Source: Dudresnaya verticillata
Taxonomy: Eukaryota
DNA: 64,000 nt
Assembly: GCA_977862235.1 (NCBI GenBank)
Contig: OZ374557.1
Span: forward strand, 3,658,001-3,722,000
Reading direction: 5' to 3'
Shown: positions 47,881 through 59,216 of the stretch, piece by piece
How positions within the stretch are numbered: the stretch's first letter is position 1
Layout: each line of letters starts with the position of its first letter
Made by a program: the position numbers and the translations under genes
The notes under the pieces: model-generated
Database searches by the model: none
Told to the model about the DNA's origin: nothing
Seen by the model: only the letters and a program-made list of their open reading frames with translations

Positions 47881-48113
47881 GGAGGAAGAGCCTCATCCTA
47901 ACGCTCCATCTGTGAAGAAATTAAAGCGCATTTTGACATTGAACGCTTTTGGTTTGTATACCGGGACGCCCTCCCCGTGTTTATCTGGGACGCACAGAAG
48001 CCTAGCTCCCCCCGAAGCAATACTGTACATCAAAACAGCAGGTTAATGGAGCAAGTTAATGGCGACAAACGAAAGATGTAGAGTTACTATGCACAACGGC
48101 CCCCCAAAAAGGC

Positions 48114-49250
48114 CTATTGATCCTTCTTTTGATCGACGGACGTTGCTTCTGATGGCTTGGCGGCATCCGCCAGGATATCATTCTTCGTGGCCTTGTCTGC
48201 CTTCGCATCGGACTTCTCTTCCTCCTCGGTGTACGCAATCAAATCCCCCAACTCGCCCTTCGCTGCAGCCATGATTAGCGCGGTAAGTAGGCAGGAGGGC
48301 ACAAGGTACAGCAGCGCAGGTTGTGCTGCTTCGAAAACCGTGAGCGCGACGTAGGTCGCAACGAGACCTGCGAAATACGCGATGACGGCACCGATGAAGT
48401 AGGGGAAATTCGTGGGGACCGGGGCCTTAACGTCGACCTTGCGAATGTCAAAGCGCAGCATCAAAGCGACAAAAAGGCCCGGGATGACAATATCGCCCAG
48501 ACCAAGCATGGACATGTCCTTCGGCCCCGCGCCCAAGAAGCGGGGGAAGACGAGCTTAATCGGCCCCTCGAATTGCTTGGCGACCGAAACCATGACGTTG
48601 GAGCCAAAGACTCTCTTCGACCCAAATACCCAAAATATGTCGTAGAAGAACAGGCCGCTCAGCAAGACAGCGGCACTCTGAAAGTCTGGAATGGCGAGCA
48701 TATCGACAGCGGACAGGGCCAGGGCACACGCGAGGGCGTTATTCGGGATCCAGTCCTTGGTGGTGTAATACCAATACGCGACAGGGACGGCGGGGATGAG
48801 ACCCAGCAGGTCGCAGGGCGTGAAGGACACATAGTCCTTGTGGCCAAACTCGCGCTTGAAGACCGGAGGCAGGGACGGTATCTTGGCGATGAGGCCACCG
48901 ACAACGCCGCTGAATGCAAGGCCGCCAAAGGTGACGCCGTACAGGGTGAGCAGGAACGAGACCCAGTCCTTGGGGAGGTACTTGAAGGCGAGAAACATGG
49001 CGAGCAGGGCGAAGGAGGCGACGAGCGGGAAGCGGAAGGCCTGGTCGCGGCCGATGACGTCGCGCTCGTCCGCGGCGGTGCCGTCCGCCAGACGCGTGCG
49101 CTCGCGCTGCGCGGCGTTGAGCGACGAGATGACGATTATCAGGGTGGACAGCCCCATCATCTGCGCGGACACCGGGATGGTGGCCCAGTTGGGCGCCAGC
49201 AGCAGCGCGACGAGGCCAGCGTAGCAGCCCTTGACGACGCTGGGGAGCAT
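48114..49250 (-). CDS. SPP: Signal peptide peptidase (A22B)
   Basis: YDIFWVFG, LGLGDIVIPG, QPALLYLVP, C-terminal KKxx; gccaccATG at 49250. Confidence 0.96.
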   Translation of the reverse strand: MLPSVVKGCYAGLVALLLAPNWATIPVSAQMMGLSTLIIVISSLNAAQRERTRLADGTAADERDVIGRDQAFRFPLVASFALLAMFLAFKYLPKDWVSFLLTLYGVTFGGLAFSGVVGGLIAKIPSLPPVFKREFGHKDYVSFTPCDLLGLIPAVPVAYWYYTTKDWIPNNALACALALSAVDMLAIPDFQSAAVLLSGLFFYDIFWVFGSKRVFGSNVMVSVAKQFEGPIKLVFPRFLGAGPKDMSMLGLGDIVIPGLFVALMLRFDIRKVDVKAPVPTNFPYFIGAVIAYFAGLVATYVALTVFEAAQPALLYLVPSCLLTALIMAAAKGELGDLIAYTEEEEKSDAKADKATKNDILADAAKPSEATSVDQKKDQ

Positions 49251-51624
49251 GGTGGCTGTTCTGTTGTTGTTGTTGTTGTTGGAAAAAGGGAGGCGGTGCC
49301 GCTGAAGTGGCGACCGCGGGATTACCGCGACGTGAGAGCGAGAAGAGGATCGGCGTGCGGGCGGGGGTGGGAGGGGGCTGGGAGGCATGGACGCTGATCA
49401 ATGTGCTGGGTTTGCGGGTCTTACAGAAGGGAGGGCAATCAACTTGGGGGGGGGTAGCGCAGCCAATGATGTCGAGGGCGGTGAGTTGACTGACGGGGCT
49501 GGTGTAAAGCTGTAATGGCGGATGCTGTGGTGCATTACAGTGAAAGTAGGGGCTCATGGGCGAGCCAGCAATGATGGCGCCGAGGCTCACGACCTGATCG
49601 AGACCCGAACAACGCCGTGGGTGTGTTTCTGTACTCCTTTACCTTCTTCGAGCCCATCAAGCTCTGAGTCTTCTTTCAGCTAGTCTTGCGCTATCACCCA
49701 CCCGATTCCGTCCTGCGCGCAACGCGCTGCGGTGGCCAGCATGCTCAGCAACCGCCTGCGTGGCGAGTCGCTTCTTCCTGCTGTCGCCGCTGCGCCGCTT
49801 AAATACTGACATTCTGCGTCATTAAGCAGTCTGTTCTATCCCCCATCACCTTGCGCAACCACTGCCTGCTTAACCCCCAGTGTTGTTACGAATCCCTTCC
49901 ACCAGCCAGGCGCCTTTTAACCTTTATACTGAAACGACCTCGAGGACTCCTTTGCGATAATCGAAACCTGGATGATCTGAGCATCGCGTGCATCAAGTTT
50001 GGCCTGGGTCCACAACACCGCAACAGCCTATTTCCCCGACTGTGAAGGACTATACTTACACATTACGTGAAGTAGTTGGAGGAAGTGCCATCGAGCAAAA
50101 CTTCAACTACATGGGAGTCTGACTGCTGCGTCTCGCCTAACAGCGCTTAACAACGTGCAGTGCAAAGTTCCACGTCTTCAGGCCACCTTATTTCCTCACC
50201 TGGTATCAAACATACCTTGTTGATACTCCAGATTCAAGCGCCCAATGTGAAAGACGGGGCCCCATGTTCCCTGTCTTTATCGGTTTCGGCATTCCGGGCA
50301 TCTATTCAGAACACCTAGAGCGGACTCAGAATAGCATTATTTCAAAATACCAGAGTGAGAATGTCACTATCTTTAACGGTAAGAGAAACATCTCACTCTC
50401 TTCAAAGCATCTGGTTTTAGAGTAGTGTCGCCCAGCACGCGCTAAGCCACATTACTGGACTCCAATATCTGCCAATCTGCAAAGTTGTTGGCAAAGCCAA
50501 CACGTACCATACAGAACAGGAAATCTATTGAGGGACGAGACGCCATGAGCGTACTTGTTGACATCAGCACCCTCATGCATGCATGAGATGCGCTACGTAG
50601 GGCTAATCGATGCTGATGGAGCAAGGGGAATTCAAACGAGTGCTTCACAGAACGGCCTCCCTTTCGATGGACTATGTAATGCCGCGAACAATCCCCCTAC
50701 AGCTTGTGGTTCGCATATGCTGCTGATAACTGCAAATACGTGCAAGTGTTTGTGCTGAAATCGTTCGACGCCCAGTGCCGTTGTCGGGTTCTGCCGCACC
50801 TTTTGAAACCGCAATTGTGCAAAGTGGCAACAGTGTCGCAAAAAGGCATTTTCGAGAGTCAAAGGGGAAATGCCGAGCACAATATGCTCGACTCTGATTA
50901 ACTCTGTTCCCAATTGCGGGCTGACGTTCAGGTGGTCTAGGTCCGAACAATGAACTAGTCCGTATCATTGCTCTGTGCTGTTGCGTGGCAGTGGGCTTCG
51001 AAATAGGTTGGTAGCCGCCTTTTGATGATAAGCTCCAAGGCTCTGTGCCAGCGGTTCTATACCTGTCCTACAAGTCTTCTGCTCAACTTAGAGCAGCTCA
51101 AGGAATCAATCGCGATAAACAAAAATAACTATCGGGCGATTACGAGGTTTGCCATTCTCCATTCTTCATGCCTCTTTTGCATGCGGTATGCCGGATTTCT
51201 TGCTCCTTGAGGTCCTAAGCCGAGTGAGTCGCAGCAGTTCACGCCCCGGATAACAACTCAAAGAGTGTTTCCTTTAGACATTAGACCGGCTTGAGACTGC
51301 TTCTGTTTCGACAGCTGCGGACGATGAGCAAACTCGCTATGCAAGGCGGTTATCGATTTCCGCCTTGCCCCCTTATCAGCCATCTCAACAGTCATACAAT
51401 TCGGCGTTTATTAATCATTGCCTTCAGTTATAGTCAACAAAGCGTAAGTGGATATTTAACAGTTAGGCCCCAGAATGATTGTGTACTTAAACCATATATC
51501 CGCACCGAAACTTGTCGACTCCATCGATCATCATGAAAACGAGTAGACGGGATGCCGTACATGCGCGAAAAACAGATTACGAGTATCGTGTTCAAGCTCG
51601 CGCCTCCTGCGGACATTGACGCAG

Positions 51625-51972
51625 TTAGCATAGAAATTGGAATGCGCGAGAGACTCCTTCGCAAGCCCAGAATAAAATGCCGTGCCCGGTTTGCTCCACT
51701 ATAGCCGTGTTGCCCTCCTTCCACAGTGTTTTAGCTCCTTTCTTTGCCTTCTCCTTGTCCTTATTGACGGCTCCATTCACAAATCGTTTGGCAGCCAGAC
51801 CAACTTTAGCTGCAATCCAGCCTTCGCCTGCAGTGACCGTACCGGTACCCAAAGCGGCAGTGAATGATGACCATGACGCAAATGCAGATATACCACCATC
51901 CAGTGGTGCTAGGACGAGACTGACAAGGGACGCTGCAGCCAGTCCAGCGATATATCCCCAACGTTTACCCAT
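51625..51972 (-). CDS. Orphan 115-aa hydrophobic/Lys-rich protein, copy 1
   Basis: caagcATGG start context, upstream TATAAAAG, CA-rich leader, protein-like composition. Confidence 0.6.
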   Translation of the reverse strand: MGKRWGYIAGLAAASLVSLVLAPLDGGISAFASWSSFTAALGTGTVTAGEGWIAAKVGLAAKRFVNGAVNKDKEKAKKGAKTLWKEGNTAIVEQTGHGILFWACEGVSRAFQFLC

Positions 51973-52212
51973 GCTTGAATACTTTGTGCTTGGATTGGAA
52001 GACGTAAGACGCTTGAATGAGAGAAAATTGGTAAATGTGGAGCAAGGACGAGCGTGTGTGTGTTGAGTACACTGTACTTGGGGGAAGCGTTGCGACGGAA
52101 GGCTTGCGGTGAAATTGTCAAGATGATGAGATATTGGTAGAAGGTCGTTGTGGTTGCTGTTAGGATTGTGTTTGTGAGGTTCGATGCCTCTTCTCCCCTT
52201 ACCCTGGCGGGG

Positions 52213-52220
52213 CTTTTATA
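52213..52220 (-). promoter_or_regulatory. Putative TATA box of the 115-aa gene (present in every unit)
   Basis: Minus strand TATAAAAG about 240 bp upstream of the ATG. Confidence 0.5.
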
Positions 52221-55200
52221 ATGAAGTGCTGATCTATATCGCACGCGGGTTTGTTTACCAACTGTCGTAGTCGTTGTTGGAGCCCTGTTGGATTGCCGCT
52301 GCTTGGATTGTAGAAGGAAGACATAGAAGCGTCGGAACGAGACTGTTTCAGATACCTTGCTCGCTAGAATAGGGGGCTCGGTTGTTCGTTGCTATTCCGA
52401 TGACGTAAAGATTAGTGCCAGTACCGTGGCGGTGATAATGATGATTCTTCTTCTCGGACACACGAGGGCGGGAGAATCGCATTGAGCAACAAGCCCTGGT
52501 CGGGGTCCGCTCTCTTCGAAGCACTCACATATAGCAAACGTGTATTTCGGCGGCAATGCTTGGGCTTGCGGTTCTGAGAGCCACTTATTGCGCAAGGCTC
52601 AGCGAGCGGTGGCTTAGAGGGCTCGCTGCAGCCTGTCGACCCAGGGCACATACATATATAATATATATCAGAATGTTTGTAGTAGACCACCTTTGGAACA
52701 GTGGATGATGCAGTATTGTAGGTAGGGAAGTGTGTGGGAACGCGTCTGTGTCTCAATAATGAGATTTTGTTCAGCTTCACTGTCCGGCGTCCAGGGCGAT
52801 ACGTGACATTCAATGCGGTCGCAGTCACGTCCTACTTTCTTGTGGGCGTGGCTTCTCTTGAGAAGACCAGCCTGTTTCAATTCTTTTTGAGTCAACCAGA
52901 AAGGCCGAAGTTGTGATCACGTTTCCTGGCTGTAAACTTGACAGAGTCTCACATCTTCTCTATGGTCGCGTGACCTTGAGAGTCAAGCTCGGGTCCGACA
53001 GGCTCCATACAGTTGCATGCGCACAAAATAACATGCGGCGCAGCTTTCGCAGAATACATAGCAGAAGCGGCAGAATGCGAAAAAGAGATTGTCCCCATTA
53101 AGTCCTTTGCTCGAGCTCGAGTTTCCCACGAGAGGTTTTTCAGATCAACTTCTCGGCACGAAACAAATTCTATTGGTGGGCCGTCCGGTGGGACGGTCAG
53201 GCCAACCAACTGGAATTAAGATACGATGGGCGCCCGGTGGGCGCCCAGGCGGATGGCAGATTAACCTCAGCCTTTAGATGCGATATGTGTAAAAAAAAGG
53301 GAGAGACGCAACAGGAAGAGGTAGACCCTTGAAAGAGAAAGGTGTTCAAACCAGACCAGAACCTCTGCAGCAGTTGCAGTAGTTGACCTCACCAGGCGTG
53401 ACCAGGCTTGCCAGCAATGAGCAACCGAGGAGCGATTACTGGACAATTGCCTTTAAAAGGAAACGTTAATCAGACTAAAGTGACAAACCAGCAGCTCGCA
53501 ACGCACAGAAATAATACCTGTCTGACTGGGCGCCTATCCTACCTTGCCTGGTTTTTATTCTGGTCCTTCCGTAGGGCGCGTGGTCACGTCGGCCCTCGAG
53601 AGGACCCTCAAGCGGAATCGCAAAAATGACGTAGACAAAAAGGTCAATGGACTCGCACTCTTTGTGAGCAATGGATGTGTTTCTGTTTCCGCTAACACCG
53701 AAGGGGCTCACTCGAGCCTGAACCCCCTCCGTAGCGTGAGGCCCTGCTGGCAACGCCCATAGTAATAGTATATCTGGGAATGGAGGGAGGGTGTCCATAG
53801 AGGGCGGTGTTTTCACTCTTCATGACTTCATGAACAGTCTTCCCCAAGATCAAATATCGTCAGTGCTGGGTGTTGTGAGAGTCTAGGCTTCGGCTCCGGT
53901 TCTACTGTGAATCTGTGAATCTATCTATTCACAACACCTAGAGCGGACTCAGAATAGCATTATTTCAAAATACCAGAGTGAGAATGTCACTATCTTTAAC
54001 GGTAAGAGAAACATCTCACTCTCTTCAAGCATCTGGTTTTAGAGTAGTGTCGCCCAGCACGCGCTAAGCCGCATTGCTAGACTCCAATATCTGCCAATCT
54101 GCAAAGTTGTTGGCAAAGCCAACACGTACCATACAGAACAGGAAATCTATTGAGGGACGAGACGCCATGAGCGTACTTGTTGACATCAGCACCCTCATGC
54201 ATGCATGAGATGCGCTACGTAGGGCTAATCGATGCTGATGGAGCAAGGGGAATTCAAACGAGTGCTTCACAGAACGGCCTCCCTTTCGATGGACTATGTA
54301 ATGCCGCGAACAATCCCCCTACAGCTTGTGGTTCGCATATGCTGCTGATAACTGCAAATACGTGCAAGTGTTTGTGCTGAAATCGTTCGACGCCCAGTGC
54401 CGTTGTCGGGTTCTGCCGCACCTTTTGAAACCGCAATTGTGCAAAGTGGCAACAGTGTCGCAAAAAGGCATTTTCGAGAGTCAAAGGGGAAATGCCGAGC
54501 ACAATATGCTCGACTCTGATTAACTCTGTTCCCAATTGCGGGCTGACGTTCAGGTGGTCTAGGTCCGAACAATGAACTAGTCCGTATCATTGCTCTGTGC
54601 TGTTGCGTGGCAGTGGGCTTCGAAATAGGTTGGTAGCCGCCTTTTGATGATAAGCTCCAAGGCTCTGTGCCAGCGGTTCTATACCTGTCCTACAAGTCTT
54701 CTGCTCAACTTAGAGCAGCTCAAGGAATCAATCGCGATAAACAAAAATAACTATCGGGCGATTACGAGGTTTGCCATTCTCCATTCTTCATGCCTCTTTT
54801 GCATGCGGTATGCCGGATTTCTTGCTCCTTGAGGTCCTAAGCCGAGTGAGTCGCAGCAGTTCACGCCCCGGATAACAACTCAAAGAGTGTTTCCTTTAGA
54901 CATTAGACCGGCTTGAGACTGCTTCTGTTTCGACAGCTGCGGACGATGAGCAAACTCGCTATGCAAGGCGGTTATCGATTTCCGCCTTGCCCCCTTATCA
55001 GCCATCTCAACAGTCATACAATTCGGCGTTTATTAATCATTGCCTTCAGTTATAGTCAACAAAGCGTAAGTGGATATTTAACAGTTAGGCCCCAGAATGA
55101 TTGTGTACTTAAACCATATATCCGCACCGAAACTTGTCGACTCCATCGATCATCATGAAAACGAGTAGACGGGATGCCGTACATGCGCGAAAAACAGATT

Positions 55201-55246
55201 ACGAGTATCGTGTTCAAGCTCGCGCCTCCTGCGGACATTGACGCAG

Positions 55247-55594
55247 TTAGCATAGAAATTGGAATGCGCGAGAGACTCCTTCGCAAGCCCAGAATAAAAT
55301 GCCGTGCCCGGTTTGCTCCACTATAGCCGTGTTGCCCTCCTTCCACAGTGTTTTAGCTCCTTTCTTTGCCTTCTCCTTGTCCTTATTGACGGCTCCATTC
55401 ACAAATCGTTTGGCAGCCAGACCAACTTTAGCTGCAATCCAGCCTTCGCCTGCAGTGACCGTACCGGTACCCAAAGCGGCAGTGAATGATGACCATGACG
55501 CAAATGCAGATATACCACCATCCAGTGGTGCTAGGACGAGACTGACAAGGGACGCTGCAGCCAGTCCAGCGATATATCCCCAACGTTTACCCAT
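55247..55594 (-). CDS. Orphan 115-aa protein, copy 2
   Basis: Identical translation to copy 1. Confidence 0.6.
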   Translation of the reverse strand: MGKRWGYIAGLAAASLVSLVLAPLDGGISAFASWSSFTAALGTGTVTAGEGWIAAKVGLAAKRFVNGAVNKDKEKAKKGAKTLWKEGNTAIVEQTGHGILFWACEGVSRAFQFLC

Positions 55595-58500
55595 GCTTGA
55601 ATACTTTGTGCTTGGATTGGAAGACGTAAGACGCTTGAATGAGAGAAAATTGGTAAATGTGGAGCAAGGACGAGCGTGTGTGTGTTGAGTACACTGTACT
55701 TGGGGGAAGCGTTGCGACGGAAGGCTTGCGGTGAAATTGTCAAGATGATGAGATATTGGTAGAAGGTCGTTGTGGTTGCTGTTAGGATTGTGTTTGTGAG
55801 GTTCGATGCCTCTTCTCCCCTTACCCTGGCGGGGCTTTTATAATGAAGTGCTGATCTATATCGCACGCGGGTTTGTTTACCAACTGTCGTAGTCGTTGTT
55901 GGAGCCCTGTTGGATTGCCGCTGCTTGGATTGTAGAAGGAAGACATAGAAGCGTCGGAACGAGACTGTTTCAGATACCTTGCTCGCTAGAATAGGGGGCT
56001 CGGTTGTTCGTTGCTATTCCGATGACGTAAAGATTAGTGCCAGTACCGTGGCGGTGATAATGATGATTCTTCTTCTCGGACACACGAGGGCGGGAGAATC
56101 GCATTGAGCAACAAGCCCTGGTCGGGGTCCGCTCTCTTCGAAGCACTCACATATAGCAAACGTGTATTTCGGCGGCAATGCTTGGGCTTGCGGTTCTGAG
56201 AGCCACTTATTGCGCAAGGCTCAGCGAGCGGTGGCTTAGAGGGCTCGCTGCAGCCTGTCGACCCAGGGCACATACATATATAATATATATCAGAATGTTT
56301 GTAGTAGACCACCTTTGGAACAGTGGATGATGCAGTATTGTAGGTAGGGAAGTGTGTGGGAACGCGTCTGTGTCTCAATAATGAGATTTTGTTCAGCTTC
56401 ACTGTCCGGCGTCCAGGGCGATACGTGACATTCAATGCGGTCGCAGTCACGTCCTACTTTCTTGTGGGCGTGGCTTCTCTTGAGAAGACCAGCCTGTTTC
56501 AATTCTTTTTGAGTCAACCAGAAAGGCCGAAGTTGTGATCACGTTTCCTGGCTGTAAACTTGACAGAGTCTCACATCTTCTCTATGGTCGCGTGACCTTG
56601 AGAGTCAAGCTCGGGTCCGACAGGCTCCATACAGTTGCATGCGCACAAAATAACATGCGGCGCAGCTTTCGCAGAATACATAGCAGAAGCGGCAGAATGC
56701 GAAAAAGAGATTGTCCCCATTAAGTCCTTTGCTCGAGCTCGAGTTTCCCACGAGAGGTTTTTCAGATCAACTTCTCGGCACGAAACAAATTCTATTGGTG
56801 GGCCGTCCGGTGGGACGGTCAGGCCAACCAACTGGAATTAAGATACGATGGGCGCCCGGTGGGCGCCCAGGCGGATGGCAGATTAACCTCAGCCTTTAGA
56901 TGCGATATGTGTAAAAAAAAGGGAGAGACGCAACAGGAAGAGGTAGACCCTTGAAAGAGAAAGGTGTTCAAACCAGACCAGAACCTCTGCAGCAGTTGCA
57001 GTAGTTGACCTCACCAGGCGTGACCAGGCTTGCCAGCAATGAGCAACCGAGGAGCGATTACTGGACAATTGCCTTTAAAAGGAAACGTTAATCAGACTAA
57101 AGTGACAAACCAGCAGCTCGCAACGCACAGAAATAATACCTGTCTGACTGGGCGCCTATCCTACCTTGCCTGGTTTTTATTCTGGTCCTTCCGTAGGGCG
57201 CGTGGTCACGTCGGCCCTCGAGAGGACCCTCAAGCGGAATCGCAAAAATGACGTAGACAAAAAGGTCAATGGACTCGCACTCTTTGTGAGCAATGGATGT
57301 GTTTCTGTTTCCGCTAACACCGAAGGGGCTCACTCGAGCCTGAACCCCCTCCGTAGCGTGAGGCCCTGCTGGCAACGCCCATAGTAATAGTATATCTGGG
57401 AATGGAGGGAGGGTGTCCATAGAGGGCGGTGTTTTCACTCTTCATGACTTCATGAACAGTCTTCCCCAAGATCAAATATCGTCAGTGCTGGGTGTTGTGA
57501 GAGTCTAGGCTTCGGCTCCGGTTCTACTGTGAATCTGTGAATCTATCTATTCACAACACCTAGAGCGGACTCAGAATAGCATTATTTCAAAATACCAGAG
57601 TGAGAATGTCACTATCTTTAACGGTAAGAGAAACATCTCACTCTCTTCAAGCATCTGGTTTTAGAGTAGTGTCGCCCAGCACGCGCTAAGCCGCATTGCT
57701 AGACTCCAATATCTGCCAATCTGCAAAGTTGTTGGCAAAGCCAACACGTACCATACAGAACAGGAAATCTATTGAGGGACGAGACGCCATGAGCGTACTT
57801 GTTGACATCAGCACCCTCATGCATGCATGAGATGCGCTACGTAGGGCTAATCGATGCTGATGGAGCAAGGGGAATTCAAACGAGTGCTTCACAGAACGGC
57901 CTCCCTTTCGATGGACTATGTAATGCCGCGAACAATCCCCCTACAGCTTGTGGTTCGCATATGCTGCTGATAACTGCAAATACGTGCAAGTGTTTGTGCT
58001 GAAATCGTTCGACGCCCAGTGCCGTTGTCGGGTTCTGCCGCACCTTTTGAAACCGCAATTGTGCAAAGTGGCAACAGTGTCGCAAAAAGGCATTTTCGAG
58101 AGTCAAAGGGGAAATGCCGAGCACAATATGCTCGACTCTGATTAACTCTGTTCCCAATTGCGGGCTGACGTTCAGGTGGTCTAGGTCCGAACAATGAACT
58201 AGTCCGTATCATTGCTCTGTGCTGTTGCGTGGCAGTGGGCTTCGAAATAGGTTGGTAGCCGCCTTTTGATGATAAGCTCCAAGGCTCTGTGCCAGCGGTT
58301 CTATACCTGTCCTACAAGTCTTCTGCTCAACTTAGAGCAGCTCAAGGAATCAATCGCGATAAACAAAAATAACTATCGGGCGATTACGAGGTTTGCCATT
58401 CTCCATTCTTCATGCCTCTTTTGCATGCGGTATGCCGGATTTCTTGCTCCTTGAGGTCCTAAGCCGAGTGAGTCGCAGCAGTTCACGCCCCGGATAACAA

Positions 58501-58868
58501 CTCAAAGAGTGTTTCCTTTAGACATTAGACCGGCTTGAGACTGCTTCTGTTTCGACAGCTGCGGACGATGAGCAAACTCGCTATGCAAGGCGGTTATCGA
58601 TTTCCGCCTTGCCCCCTTATCAGCCATCTCAACAGTCATACAATTCGGCGTTTATTAATCATTGCCTTCAGTTATAGTCAACAAAGCGTAAGTGGATATT
58701 TAACAGTTAGGCCCCAGAATGATTGTGTACTTAAACCATATATCCGCACCGAAACTTGTCGACTCCATCGATCATCATGAAAACGAGTAGACGGGATGCC
58801 GTACATGCGCGAAAAACAGATTACGAGTATCGTGTTCAAGCTCGCGCCTCCTGCGGACATTGACGCAG

Positions 58869-59216
58869 TTAGCATAGAAATTGGAATGCGCGAGAGACTC
58901 CTTCGCAAGCCCAGAATAAAATGCCGTGCCCGGTTTGCTCCACTATAGCCGTGTTGCCCTCCTTCCACAGTGTTTTAGCTCCTTTCTTTGCCTTCTCCTT
59001 GTCCTTATTGACGGCTCCATTCACAAATCGTTTGGCAGCCAGACCAACTTTAGCTGCAATCCAGCCTTCGCCTGCAGTGACCGTACCGGTACCCAAAGCG
59101 GCAGTGAATGATGACCATGACGCAAATGCAGATATACCACCATCCAGTGGTGCTAGGACGAGACTGACAAGGGACGCTGCAGCCAGTCCAGCGATATATC
59201 CCCAACGTTTACCCAT
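58869..59216 (-). CDS. Orphan 115-aa protein, copy 3
   Basis: Identical translation to copy 1. Confidence 0.6.
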   Translation of the reverse strand: MGKRWGYIAGLAAASLVSLVLAPLDGGISAFASWSSFTAALGTGTVTAGEGWIAAKVGLAAKRFVNGAVNKDKEKAKKGAKTLWKEGNTAIVEQTGHGILFWACEGVSRAFQFLC

